NCBI RefSeq assembly: GCF_964213995.1
Contig: NW_027590137.1
Span: 248,001-312,000, forward strand
Source: Mustelus asterias
Taxonomy: Eukaryota
DNA: 64,000 nt
Direction: 5' to 3'
The first letter of the stretch is position 1. Every line of letters starts with the position of its first letter. Positions 21,141-33,480 of this stretch are shown here, in pieces. The notes beneath the pieces were generated by a model. The model saw only the letters and a program-made list of their open reading frames with translations. It searched no databases and was not told where the DNA came from. Made by a program: the position numbers and the translations under genes.

Positions 21141-21954
21141 ATTCATTGCGTTGCATTCCTTACTACTCTGGCAGAGAGAATACATTGGGCAACATTGAAT
21201 TCAGATTGTGGAGGGAAGACGATGAACTATCGTGAAGAGACAAGACACAGAACCAGAAGGAGAAAGACAGAGAGAGAGAGATGAAACACAGGGAATTTCC
21301 ACGAACACATTTGCCGTGTTACGACATTTCGGGATCAGAGGGATTATTTGCTAATTCTTAACATAGATATTGTCATGATATTTTTTCTTCATATAATTGA
21401 TGAATAACTAATGTATAAAAACAATCATTTCTGGAATCCGTTGATCAATTTGCATGTTTGTCTATTTTTCTGTGCTGTGTTGGTGGGGAAATATTTGTTG
21501 TCTCTTTGTCAGTCAACAATCTAATCTGGGATTTCTATTTCTGTGTTTATTTACATAAGCACCTCACTGTTTACAATGAAATGTTCATGGCAGCAAAAAC
21601 AGATAAACCGTCACTTATTCATTCGTTTCAACTCAAAATAGCGGTTATTTTAAGAATATTAACAGTTGGTTCAAAATGAATAGAAACCTTTTTAACATAC
21701 ATTACACCAGATGCTATTTAATTAAATGAATAAATACATTCTATTTAAGAATTTGTTCTGAAAGTTCTGATGTCACAATAAATAAAGTATCTGTGAGCAG
21801 GCTGGTATTCCACTGAATGTTAATTTGAGTGATGATCTAAATTGCTTCAACTAGACAAGTTAAAACAAAGAGAACTGATGTGTGAAATATTCCTGTCATA
21901 ATTAGTGATCAGACTCACACGAGGGAAGAATAAAAAATCCAGTGTGGTTATCAC

Positions 21955-22450
21955 TAAGTGATACAAGTAGCATTGCTGCGTCACAGTGACAGGGAAGCGG
22001 GTTCGATTCCAACCTTGGGTGACTGTGTGTGGTTTTTCACATTCGACCATGTCCATGTGAGTTTCCTCCGGTGCTCCGGTTTCCTTCCACAGTCCAAGGA
22101 TGTACGGGTTAGGTGGATTGGTACGATAAATTGCTCCTTTGAGTCCAAGGATGAGCAACGTAGAATCACAAAATCCCTACAGTGCAGAAGGAGACCATCG
22201 ATTTATCAAGTCTGAACCAGCTGTCCAGCAGAGCATCATTCCCAGGCCCAAGGTGGATTGGCGATTCTAAATTGCCCCTTAGTGTGCAACGATGTGTAGG
22301 TTAGAGACATTAGCCTCTGAATATGTGAGGTTGTCGGGATAGGGTGAAGGCTGGGCCTGGATAGGATGCTCTGCTGGAGAGCAGCTGCAGACTTGATGGA
22401 CCGAATGGCCTCCTACTGCACTGCACTGGATTCTATGATTCTATGCTGCT
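21955..22450 (+). mobile_element. V-SINE with an internal inverted SINE piece
   Basis: gggttcgattccaaccttgggtgactgt..tttcctccggtgctccggtttccttccacagtccaagg; tail (ATTCTATG)n; inverted tail fragment at about 22160-22250. Confidence 0.75.
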
Positions 22451-23140
22451 ATGATCAGCAGAGGAATGAATATATTCGCATTAATCTCTCAGCACTTCCA
22501 ACGTATTACAACTTTCATTTTGGTAGAGCTTACATTTATAGAACCCTTTACCCGACTTCATGTAGTCCCAAAGTTCTTAAAACTCACTGATGTACCTTTG
22601 CTGAATTTAGTCACTGCTATCATGTTGCAAATACAACAGGTAATGTACGTACAACAAACTCCCACAAACCGAGATGTGATAAATTGCCAGTAAATTTGTG
22701 ATTTTGTTTGAAGAATCAGTATTAAGGTAGGATATTGGGGAGAGCAGCCTTGCTCTTTAGAACTATATCAATGAGATTTTGCATCCTGGCATCGATTTTA
22801 AATGTGAATCTGGTTCTCTATCTGCTGATGTACACTGACCTGCTGAGTAGCATTTGTGTTACTTTAGTTTTAGATTTCCAGAATCGGCAGCACTTTACAC
22901 TGTTGTTATTGATCCTCTGGATGTGAGCATCACTGACAAAGCCAACAGTTAGTTGTCCCTGCTGAGAAGGCTGTTGTGAACCAGCTTGTTGAAACCTGCC
23001 CTCTGGATGATTTTATTATTTGTTTTTCCATAGCAGCTTTGATACAACAGGATGGCCTGCCCGGCAATTTCAGTAGTGGCTAAGAGTCATTTTCATCATA
23101 GTGGAATTGGTGTCTAGGCAGAACAGACAGGGTAAAGATA

Positions 23141-23663
23141 GGAATCTTCGGTTTTCAGTTATTTCCAAAGAGACGATTTCGTTTGAAGTATAAAAGCAAA
23201 TTACTACGGATTCTGGAATTGAAACAAAAAGAGAAAATGTTGGAAAATCTCAGCAGGCCTGGCAATATCTGTGAGGAGAGAAAATAGCTGACATTTCGAA
23301 TCCAGATGACCTTTTGACAAAGTTTTGACAAAGGGTCATCTTTAATCGAAAAGTAAGCTCTTCTCTCTCCTTCCAGGTGCTGCCAGACTTGCTGAGATTT
23401 TCCAGCATTTTCTCTTTACTTTGTTTGAAGTGTCTTCGGGTGGAGTAAATTGATTCTGTATCCTGGGGCGGAGGAATTGTAGGCTGACTCAAGACTATCG
23501 TCCTGAAGAAGAGACTTTAAACACTGTTCAGGGACCTGTCGGACCCAGACCATCCAGTTACTGCCAACATTGAACGCGTTGGCTTTGCAGGTCAGTCTCA
23601 AAGAGTTTCAGGGACACCCAGTTTCTGCCTCTCGCTGAGTCAACACAACCTCCGATTCGACAC
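23141..23663 (-). pseudogene. IGHV: Pseudo-VH (paralogue of 9105-9412), interrupted and 3'-truncated
   Basis: [43 protein letters not shown]; acceptor AG->AA, TGA at 23610-23608, frameshift after CDR2, insertion at 23190-23422. FR3 resumes at 23189-23141 (SNEIVSLEI..LKTEDS); no YYC or RSS. Confidence 0.92.
23190..23422. mobile_element. Palindromic Penelope-like insertion with a 9-bp TSD inside the pseudo-VH
   Basis: Arms gagaaaatgttggaaaatctcagcaggcctggca / tgccagacttgctgagattttccagcattttctc; GTTTGAAGT at both 23181-23189 and 23423-23431. Confidence 0.85.
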
Positions 23664-23687
23664 TTGTAAAAATATCTAAAATCCTAT

Positions 23688-24001
23688 GAAAATAAAACGC
23701 CACGCACTCCGGACATACTCGCTCACCTTTTTCCATCGGGAACAAGATACAAAAGTCTGAGGATACGTATAAACCGACTCAAAAACAATTTCTCTCCTGC
23801 TGCAATCGGACGTTTGAATGGACCTACGTCGCATTAAGTTCATCTTTCTCTACACCCCACCTATGACTGCAAAATTACATTATTCACTCTCTCCCTTCCT
23901 TCCCTATATACGTTATGCTCTGACTGTATCGTGAGCAAGAAACAATATTTTGCACTGTGCACTAATATGTGCGATAATAATAAGTCAAATGAAATCAAAT
24001 G
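23688..24001 (+). mobile_element. Rex1/Babar-type LINE 3' fragment in the pseudo-VH intron
   Basis: Decayed coding HSGHT..L.PSGTRYKSLRIRINRLKNNFSPAAIGRLNG followed by a (AAATC/G)n tail; VH intron homology resumes at about 24002. Confidence 0.6.
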
Positions 24002-24419
24002 AAATATATCAAAAACACCAAGGATTATTCCCGGTGAATTGATTGCTGGCAATGGAACATTCCAGAGACAGACTAACACCGAGGGAGTAACAGTGAAATC
24101 CATTGTCATGTCTCTGCTAGTCCAAGAGGTGAAATTGCATTTGAGCATCTGTTAGAGAAAAGAAACAATTTCATTGTAAATTAAGTGCCTTTATTTCGTC
24201 ACCCCTTCACAAGGGAATGGACATAAACAGATGACATTACATTATCAGGGTAAAGATGTCAGTCTGATTTGCAATAATTCTGTGTCTCTAACACATTACA
24301 GCGAAATATAATTCATTAGAAGAATTATTATCGATTTATGTAACTTAATGCTGGGATGATTGTGTTTCAGGTGTGGATAGCTATCATTGTAATTTGGGAC
24401 TGGATATAAGAAGAAGGGA

Positions 24420-25028
24420 AGCAGTGGCCTCGCGTTATTATCGCTAGACAATTAATCCACAAACTCAACTAATGTTCTCAGGACCCGGCTTCGAGTCCCG
24501 CCACGGCAGATGGTGGAATTTAAATTCAGTAAAAACGTCTGGAATTAAGAATCTACTTATGACCATGATATCATTGTCGATTGTGTAAAAACCTATCTGG
24601 TTCATTAATGTCCTTTCAAGCAGGAAATATTCCGTCCTTACCTCATCTAGCCGACATGTGATTACAGAGCCACAGCAATGTGTTTAGCTCTCAACTGCCC
24701 TCGACAATGAGTGGGCAATAAATATTTATCAGCCAGAGGCACCCATATCCATAGAATCCCTGCAGTGCATTAGGAGCATCTCGGGCCCACACCGACAACG
24801 CTCCCACCCAGGCCCTGTTCCCATCCCTGCTAATTAACTTGATTCTATGGGACAATTCATCATCGCCAATCAACCTAATTGGCATATCTTTGGACAATGG
24901 GAATAAACAGGCAGACAATTGGAGAATGTGCAGACTACACACAGACAGTGATCCATTCCGGGAATTGAAGCACGGTCCCTGATGCTGTGAAGCAGCAATG
25001 GTAACCACTATGCCACCGTGCCGCCCAC
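24420..25028. mobile_element. Adjacent SINEs: family-2 SINE (+, about 24420-24745) and V-SINE (-, about 24745-25028)
   Basis: ttcgagtcccgccacggcagatggtggaattt head; reverse gggcggcacggtggcatagtggttacc head. Both are absent from copy A. Confidence 0.75.
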
Positions 25029-26861
25029 TAATAAATTAACAAAATAAACTCCTTATCTGATACAATGTTACACCATATATTTTCCCAACAGCTCCTTAAC
25101 CCTGTGAAAATTAACGGTGAAAGAAAACTTCTTGACTTACAATTAAGCATTGAGTTGACAGAGAAACACAAATTTGACATTGACTTTTGACAAAGAAGCT
25201 AATGAATTAGAACGGACACGGCAATCAGGAAAGTTCTCCTTCAGCATCCAAATCATGACAGTTCATTTTATTGGCGAGCAGCTGGTATTGGGAACACAAG
25301 ATATCAGGACTTTGCGGCATAATGCACAATATCACAAGAATAAATATTTTATCTTTCACTGAACCAGGTTATGAACTGGTCATTTCTTCGCTCATTGGCA
25401 GTTATGAGAGGGACTGTTAAATAATCGAAATCAGATTATGCTGGACAAAAGAACACGTTATACATCAGGTATAAGTTTTTAATTAGGTTCAGAACATTGA
25501 GAATATTCCAGAAATTCCCGCAGTTCAAGGCAGATATATGATTTTCTTTTACTTTTAATTATTTTCATTTTTGTGCCTTTACACTGATCTCATGGGACTG
25601 AGGGATTGGGGACATCAGCATATTTTTCTTGCACTTCATGAAGTTGTTCATAAAGAGGCTTTAATTGTTGGAAGGACATTTCTTTGGAAGCTATACAAAT
25701 GAAATAGCATCAAGTCAATTGACTAGTTTCCGATACATTTTAATCACATAATGAAAAGTGCATTCATTTAAAATATTTGTTTCGAAGGAAAAACATTTAA
25801 AATGTGCCTTCCTTTTGGGAATAAAACATTTATTGTATAACTGACGAAGTCCCATGTTATCCTTACAGATTCACGTTAATCTGTCCTACGCAGTATTTGG
25901 CAACTGTCCAGGCTGCTGCCAAATACCCAAAAATATTTACAGGAAGCATCTGAGGGTGTTTGTTCAGTAAATCAAAAACCTGTTTCCTCAGTACTGAACA
26001 CTTGGCTGCAAGCCAACTTCAAACTCTCAGCATTGTCAATGGGGCCTATTTATAAACAAATCTACCCAGCAACAGTACTGGAGGCAATTTAATTATTTTT
26101 AAGTTGCAAACATCTATGAATGTTTCCCATTTCTTCGGAAAAGAAAGTATTCAGCTTCTCTGGCACCTTGTTAGCAACAATAATGATCTCTCCAACACAA
26201 CAAAACATTGATGGATGGATATTAAAAAAATACCGGCAGATTATGAGAGGTGATTCAGAGAGGTGATATATTTTATACTAGATAAACATCTATGCTTGTG
26301 TTTTCTTTCACTTCATTCTTCCATGGGACGTGAGAATCTCTGGAAAGGCCAACATTTATTCCCTTTGCCTAATTTCTTTTGAACTGAGTGGTATGCTAGT
26401 GCATCTCAGAAGGCATTGCCCAGTTAGTTATATTGCTGTCCGTCTGCAGTCACATCCTGATCAGACCAGGTAGGGATGGCAGATTTCCTTCATTGGGGAA
26501 TCAGAGAGGTTTATCTGGTCGCTGTCAGGACGTATTCCAGATTTATTGATTGAATTCAAATTCCAACAGCTGCCAGGGTCGGATTTAATCTCGTGTCTCC
26601 ACATCATTGGCCTGGGCTTCTGGATTACTGGTACACTGGCATTAATATTACGCCACCATCTACTCAGCAATAAAGGAATACTTGCGTTGATGCAGGGATG
26701 AACGATAGTTGGATGCCTGAATGTTTTGCTTGAGAAATCAGAGAGTGGAGGGATGGATGGGACGATAGCTGGTCCAAATATTTGCTGTTCTACATTCGCA
26801 TATTTGTGATTTACTACTTCAAAAATCGAAGCAGGTCCTTTATTCCAAGTGTGTCAGTATA

Positions 26862-28870
26862 TAAGACCATAAGTCCATAAGACATAAGAAATAGGAGCAG
26901 AATGAGGCCACTCGGTCCATCGAGTCTGCTCCCGCCATTCAATGATGGCTGATATTTTTCTCATCTATATTCTCTTGCCTTTTCCCCATAACCACTGATC
27001 CTCTTATTAATCACGAACCCATCTATCTCTGTCTTAAAAACACCCAATGACCTGGCCTCCAACCTTATACGGCAAGAGATCCACAGATCCACCACACTCT
27101 GGCCGAAGAAATTCCTCCTCAGCTCTGTTTTAAACGATCGTCCCTTTAGTCTGAGGTTGTGCCCTCTGGTTCTAGTTGTTCCTACGAGTGGAAACATCCT
27201 CCCCACGCCCACTCTATCCAGGCCTTGCAGTATCCTGAAAGATTCAATAAGATCTCCCCTCATCTTTCAAAACTCCAACGAGTACAGATCCAGAGGACTC
27301 AACCGTTCCTCATACAGCAAGCCCTTCATTCCAGGCATCATTCTTGTGAAACTCCACTGGACCCTTTCCATGGCCAGCACATCCTTCCGAAGATATGGGG
27401 CCCAAAACTGCTCACAATACTCCAATTGGGTCTGACCAGAGCCTTGTACAGCCTCAGAAGTATATCCCTGCTCTTGCATTCTAGCCCTCTCGACATGAAT
27501 GCTAACATTGCATTTGCCTTCCTGAACCTGCACTTTAACCTTAAGAGAATCTTGAACAATGACTCCCACGTCCCTTCGTATTTTTGATTTCCTCAGCATT
27601 TTCCCATTTAGAAAATAGTCTATGCCTCCATTCCTCCTTCCAAGAGCATAACCTCACATTTTAATTGTATTCGAGCTGCCACATCTTTGCCGACTCTGCT
27701 AACCTGTCCAAGCCCTTCTGCAGCCCCCCTGCTTCCTCAATACTACCTGTCCCTCTACATATCTTTGTATCATCTGCAACCTTAGCAACAGTGCCTTCAG
27801 TTCCTTCCTCCAAATCGTTAATGCATACTGTGAAAAGTTGTGGTCCCAGCACTGACCCCTGAGGCACACCACTAGTCACCGGCTGCCATCCTGAGAAAGA
27901 CCCCTTTATTCCCACTCTCTGCCTTCTGCTAATCAACCAATCCTCTATCCATGACAGGATCTTACCCTTAACACCATGTGCACTTAACTTATTTAACAGT
28001 CTCTTTTTCGGCACCATGTCAAAGGCCTTCTGGAAATCTAAATAAATCATGTCCACTGGCTCTCATTTATCTAACTTCCTTGTTACCTCCTCAAATAACT
28101 CTAACAGATTTGTCAGATATTACCTCCCCTTCAGAAAACTGTGCTGACTCAGTCCTTCTTTATCATGCACTTCCATGGACTCTGCGATCTCATCTTTAAT
28201 AATGGAATTTAAAGTCTTGCCAATGACCGAAGCCAGGCTAACCGGCCTATAAATTCTCGTCTGCTGCCTGCCTCCCATCTTAAACAGTGGTGTTGCATTC
28301 GCTACTTTCCAGTCCTCTGGTACAGTCCCTGCCTCCAGTGATTTCTGAAAGACCACCACCAATGCTTCCACAATTTCCTCAGTTATCTCTTTTAGAAACC
28401 TGTGGTGTAGTCCTTCCGGTCCAGGTGAATTATCCACCTTCAGACCTTTCATTTTCCCCAGAACCTTCTCCTTAGTGATGGCCACTGCAGTTACCTGTGC
28501 CCCCGGACTCTCCTGGAGCTCTGGAATTCCACTGGTGTCTTCCACCGTGAAGACTGATGCAAAGTAACTATTCAGTTCCTCTGCCATTGCTTTGTTTCCT
28601 ATTATTACTTCTCCAGTCTAATTTTCCAGTGGTCCAATGTCAATGTTTGCGTCTTTCTTACCTTTTTTTAGATTGAAAAGAACTCTCCCTGTCTTATTTG
28701 ATATTACTAGCTCGCTTACACTCATATTGCATCTTCTCCCCCCTTATTGCTTTTTTAGTTGTCCTCTGCTCGCTTATAAATACGTCCCAATCCTCTGGCT
28801 TCCCACTAATCTTTGCCGCTTTGTATGCTTTAACTTTTGCTTTAATGCTGTGCTTGACCTTTATGCTGTG
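26862..28870 (-). mobile_element. CR1 LINE ORF2 fragment (frameshifted)
   Basis: ORFs 28120-28587, 27661-28056 ([22 protein letters not shown]) and 26961-27263; (TCTTATGG)n tail. Confidence 0.93.
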
Positions 28871-28979
28871 CGACAACCTTTAGTCCTTCCAGATTTTCTC
28901 GGTGAATTCAATCCCCGAGATATCGGGAACAAATGAACTAAGAGCAGTCTGATTTTTTTTCCATCTGCTGATGGTGACT

Positions 28980-29555
28980 CGAGTCATAGAGTCATAGAGG
29001 TTGAGAGCATGGACACAAGCATTTCGGCCCTACTTGTCCATACCGCCCTTTTTATTAACCGTTAAGCTTGTCCCAATTTCCCGCGTTTGGCCCATAACCC
29101 TCTGTACCCATCCTACCCATGTAACTGTCTAAACCCTTTTTAAAAGACAAAATTGTACCCGCCTCTACCACTACCCCTGGCAGCCTGTTCCAGACACTTG
29201 CCACACTCTGTGTGAAACAATATCCCCTCTGAACCATTTTGTATCTCTCCACTCTCATCTTAAACCTATGCCCTCTCGTTTTAGACTCCTCTACCATTGG
29301 GAAAACATATTGACTATCGAGCTGATCTATGCACCTCATTATTTTATAGACTTCTATAAGATTCCCCCCAAGCCTCCTACGCTCCGGAGAAAAAGTCCCA
29401 GTCTATCCAGCCTCTCCCTACAACTCAAACCATCAAGGCCTCGTAGCATTCTAGTAAAACTTTTCTGCATTCTTTCTAGTTTAATAATATCCGTTCTATA
29501 ATAGGGTAACCAGAACTGTACACAGCATTCCAAGTGTAGCCTCACTGATGTCTTC
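28980..29555 (-). mobile_element. CR1 LINE 3' fragment
   Basis: ORFs 29354-29572 and 29055-29339 (LECCVQFWLP, KTRGH, WNRLP); (TCTATGAC)n tail. Confidence 0.9.
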
Positions 29556-29777
29556 AAAATCTTCAAATCCAAGATGGAAAGAGGGATTAGGTTGAGGGGG
29601 AGGATTGTAATGTTTGTAACATATGGCCCTTTCTAGCGCAATAAATCACTCAACATATCATCACCTAAATTAGCGAAGGTAACAGGCTAAAAAACTAATG
29701 AGGCAATTGAAATGTTGTGAAACTCACTGGACAGATCCAAGTGGTAAATGACTTTCCAGTACTGTGTAAGTGTGCAA

Positions 29778-30103
29778 GGGCGGCACGGTGTCATATTGGC
29801 TAGCCCTGCTGCCTCACAACGCCAGGGACCCGGGTTCAATTCCGTCCTCAGGTCACTGTCTTTGTGGAGTTTGCAGTTTCTCTCCTTGTCTGTGTGGATT
29901 TCCTCCGGGTACTCTAGTACCCTCCTGCAGCCCGAACATGTGCAGCTCAGGTTGATTGGCCATGCTGAATTAACCCTTGTGTCAGGGGCATTAGTGGGGT
30001 TAATATGAGGGGTCACGGGAATAGGGCCTGGATAGGATTGAGGTCGTTCCAGACTCGATGGGCCCAATGGTCTCACTCTGCACTGTGGATTCTTTGTTCT
30101 ATG
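29778..30103 (+). mobile_element. V-SINE, CR1-type tail
   Basis: gggcggcacggtg..gccagggacccgggttcaattcc..gactcgatgggcccaatgg. Confidence 0.85.
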
Positions 30104-30911
30104 AATAATTAATCTGCATCTTAAGATTCTATACCGTCAGATTAGATATTATAAATTATATATAACATTAGATACAGGTCCTTTCAGTTATACAGTCACT
30201 TTAAAAATGGTTACACACTCCAGTTATATATCAGGGGTTTATGTGTGATGATGAGGTGATTACGTGTCAATAAAGCGCAGAGGCTGCTGGGTAGCTGCTC
30301 ATTATCCTCGGTCTGATTTAATTCAACTTCCCAGTGAATTCTGGGACAGATTTGATTCTTTGGTGACGGAAAGGCCAAAGTGACCTCAATAAATTTGAAT
30401 CTCAATAAACTACAATAAATAAACTGCAATTATATTTGTACCAAATAAAATGCTGAAAATAATTTGTTGAATATTTATTTATTTTTGTGATTTGCATATT
30501 ATTAGTAATATTAGCGCCAGGAAATGACCATCTCCAAAAAGAGAGAATCTACCCATTGCTCCTTGTCATTCAATGATATTACGATACTGAATCACCCACT
30601 ATAAACATCGTCGGGGTTACCATTGGCTAATCGCTGAATTGACTAGATATATAAATGCTCCGGCTGGAATATCAGGTCGCTTGCTGTGAGTAACTCACCT
30701 TCTGACTTCCCAACCCTGTCCACCACCTACAAAAAAACAACTCAGGAGTGTAATAGAGTTCTTTCCACTTGCTTGAATGAGTGCAGCTCAAACAACATTC
30801 AAGAAGCTTTATAGCATTCAGGAAAACGCAGGCGGCTTGACCAACATAGCATTTGCAAATGCTCACTCCCTCCACCACCGACAAACAACAGCAGCATTAT
30901 ACACCATCTAC

Positions 30912-31147
30912 GGTTTCCTCCGGGTGCTCCCGTTTCCTCCCACAGTCCAAAGATGTGCGGGTTAAGTTGATTGGCCATGCTAAAAATTGCCCTTAGTGTC
31001 CCGGGATGCGTAGGTTAGAGGGATTAGTGGGGAAATATGTAGGGATATGGGGGTAGGGCCTGGGTGGGATTGTGGTCGGTGCAGACTCGATGGGCCGAAT
31101 GGCCTCTTTCTGTGCTGTAGGGTTTCTAAGTTTCTAAGTTTCTAAGT
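30912..31147 (+). mobile_element. Young 5'-truncated V-SINE inserted in an old LINE
   Basis: Near-consensus core, (TTTCTAAG)3 tail, ATCTAC direct repeat at 30906-30911 and 31148-31153. Confidence 0.85.
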
Positions 31148-32724
31148 ATCTACAAGTTTCACTTCAGGAACTCACCAAGACTCATTAGGCAGCACCTTCC
31201 AACCACAGGACTGTTACCATTTGGAAGGACAGGGGTAAAAGTTACCTGGGAATATCACCTGTAAATTCCACTCCAAATCAGTCATACAACTGACTTGGAA
31301 AAATATCGCCCTTCCTTCACTGTCGCTCGATTGAAATCCTGGAACACCCTCTGTAACAGCACTGTGTGAGTACATACGCCACAGGCTTCGCAGCAATTCA
31401 CGAGGGTAGCTCACCACCAGCTTACTAAGGGCAATTAGAGATAGGCAGCAAATGTTGACCGAGCCAGCAACGATCACATCACTTAAATTAAAACGTAAAT
31501 ATATTAATGTCTATGAATGGTTGATAACTGGTGAACAAAATTATGCAACTTCGTGAATGGATGGCAATTGGTGAAAATAAATACCAATTCTGTGAGCATT
31601 TATGATCTTCTCTTTCTTAATGGAAGATAGGATGCGCTCCACAGGAGATGCATGATTCAAAAGCACAACACGACCGGGGAAAAAAGCCGCCGGAGGACAC
31701 TGCAACAACTACAGATATATATACATCATTGCCAGTGACACATCTGAAAACATTCATCTGTTTGAAGATCCGGATTATCCTGAAGCACAATGTTGTGTTT
31801 TTAATGGAAGATTGACTCTGGAAAATATCTGCTTTATATGCCCTATGTACTTATCTTTACCTTCGTCAATCTCATCAAGACATTCAACACCGGTAGCAGA
31901 GCAGGGACTACCATACTTGGGAAAAAGTCGCACTCCATCAAAACTCCTCGGTCTCATTCATGACACAGAAAACGACAACATAAAACCACAATTGTAGCTT
32001 CATGGGCAGCATTTGTAACAGAGCCAACCTCTCAAAAATTGTCCTTCTCAGTCATCAACAAAGGTGACATTTGGAAAAGAAACCATTCTGAAATTGATGT
32101 GTTTACTCTGCGTCTATTTTTTTATTTTAAATGGAAGGACGCCGGTTATCATTGTGAAATTGATTTGTAAACAATATGACGTTTTTCAGAAAACGCACAC
32201 ACTCACACATACACACACACACACACACATTTTCCTTCAACTTAAGACTCCATCTTTGCTTCCTGGGGGGCTTAAGAGACAATTACCCCAGCTATCTTTC
32301 AGATGGAATGAAGAACAATTACATTTTCCCCAGCACCATGTTTGCTGAGCTGAACATTAAAGGCCCCATTGTCTCCAACAGCGCTCTGGTCAGCATTCCT
32401 CCTTCTAACCAAAATGAACAAATATACATTACCATGGATTGAGGCATTATGCTCTGATGCTGACCTGGCATCATAGGAACAGAGGAGCAGAATTTCCCCT
32501 CCAAGTCACTCACCATCCTGACTTGGAAATATGTCGCCGTTCCTTCACAATCGCTGAGTCAAAATCCTTAAATTTCCTCCCTAACGGCATTGTGGGTCTG
32601 CCCACAGAACATGTGCTGCAGCGATTCAAGAAGGCAACTCACCATAACCTTCTCAAGGGCAACTAGGTATGGGGAATAAATGTTGACCAGCCAGCGAAGC
32701 CCATGTCCCAAGCATGAATAAAAA

Positions 32725-33480
32725 AAGCAGACGCAGGCCATTCAGCTTCTCGAACTCGCCCCCCCCCCCCCCATTCATAAGATCATCGCTGATCTGTGGC
32801 CAAACCCTATGTACCTGCCCTTGGCCCATATCCCTTGATACCCCTGTTCAATAAAAAAATCGATCTCATACATAAATCTAACAATTGAACCAGCACCCAC
32901 TGGCCTTTGCGGAAGAGAGTTCCAAAAGTCCACCACTCTCTGTGTGTAGAAATACTTTCCATCAACTCTCCTGAACGGCTTGGCCCTGTTTTTTTTTAAA
33001 ATTATGGCCCTTTATTCTAGAGTCTGCAACTGTTGGAAAAAATTATTGATCCGCCCGATCCTACCCGTAAAAATGTTGTAGATTTCTGTAGGAGCACCCC
33101 TCAACCTTCTGAATTCGAGAGAAAAATTCCCAATTTGTCTAATTTCTCCTCGCAACTTAACCCCTGAAGGCCAGGTCTAATTCTTGTGAACCTGCGTTCA
33201 ACTCCCTCCAGGACCAAAATCTTTGCAAAGGTGTGGTGCCCAAACCTGTGCACAGTACTCCAGGTGGGCTCTAACCAGGATTTTGCATAATTGCAGCATA
33301 ACATCTGCATCCCTATACTCCAGTCCTTTAGATACAAAGGCCAGAATTCCGTTGACCTGCTTGACTATTTTCTGCATCAGTTCGTGGCATTTTAAGAAGC
33401 TATTCACTTGAACACCCAAATCTCGCTGGGCATCCACTAAATTTTACTTTGTGCCTTCTAAAAACTACCTTGATCTATTA
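32725..33480 (-). mobile_element. Degenerate CR1 3' fragment
   Basis: ORFs 33198-33437 and 33101-33337 (QRDLGVQV, LEYCAQVWAP, LEGVERRFTR). Confidence 0.85.

Larger units (their letters stand above)
9140..23140 (+). repeat. Segmental duplication copy A (VH plus about 14 kb upstream)
   Basis: Colinear matches to 23141-39750, e.g. 10308 gagttgacagagaaac ~ 25152; 11230 aatctacccagcaacagtactggaggcaatttaat ~ 26059; 21448 atttgcatgtttgtct ~ 38640; 22900-23140 ~ 39505-39750. Confidence 0.9.

Noticed and set aside
29778-29850. tRNA-like heads of SINEs as tRNA genes
   Set aside because: They run directly into SINE core and tail sequence and lack a full cloverleaf.
30490-30497. Octamer ATTTGCAT (also ATGCAAAT at 60641)
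   Set aside because: Isolated 8-mers with no conserved counterpart or supporting context; a few are expected by chance in 64 kb of AT-rich DNA.
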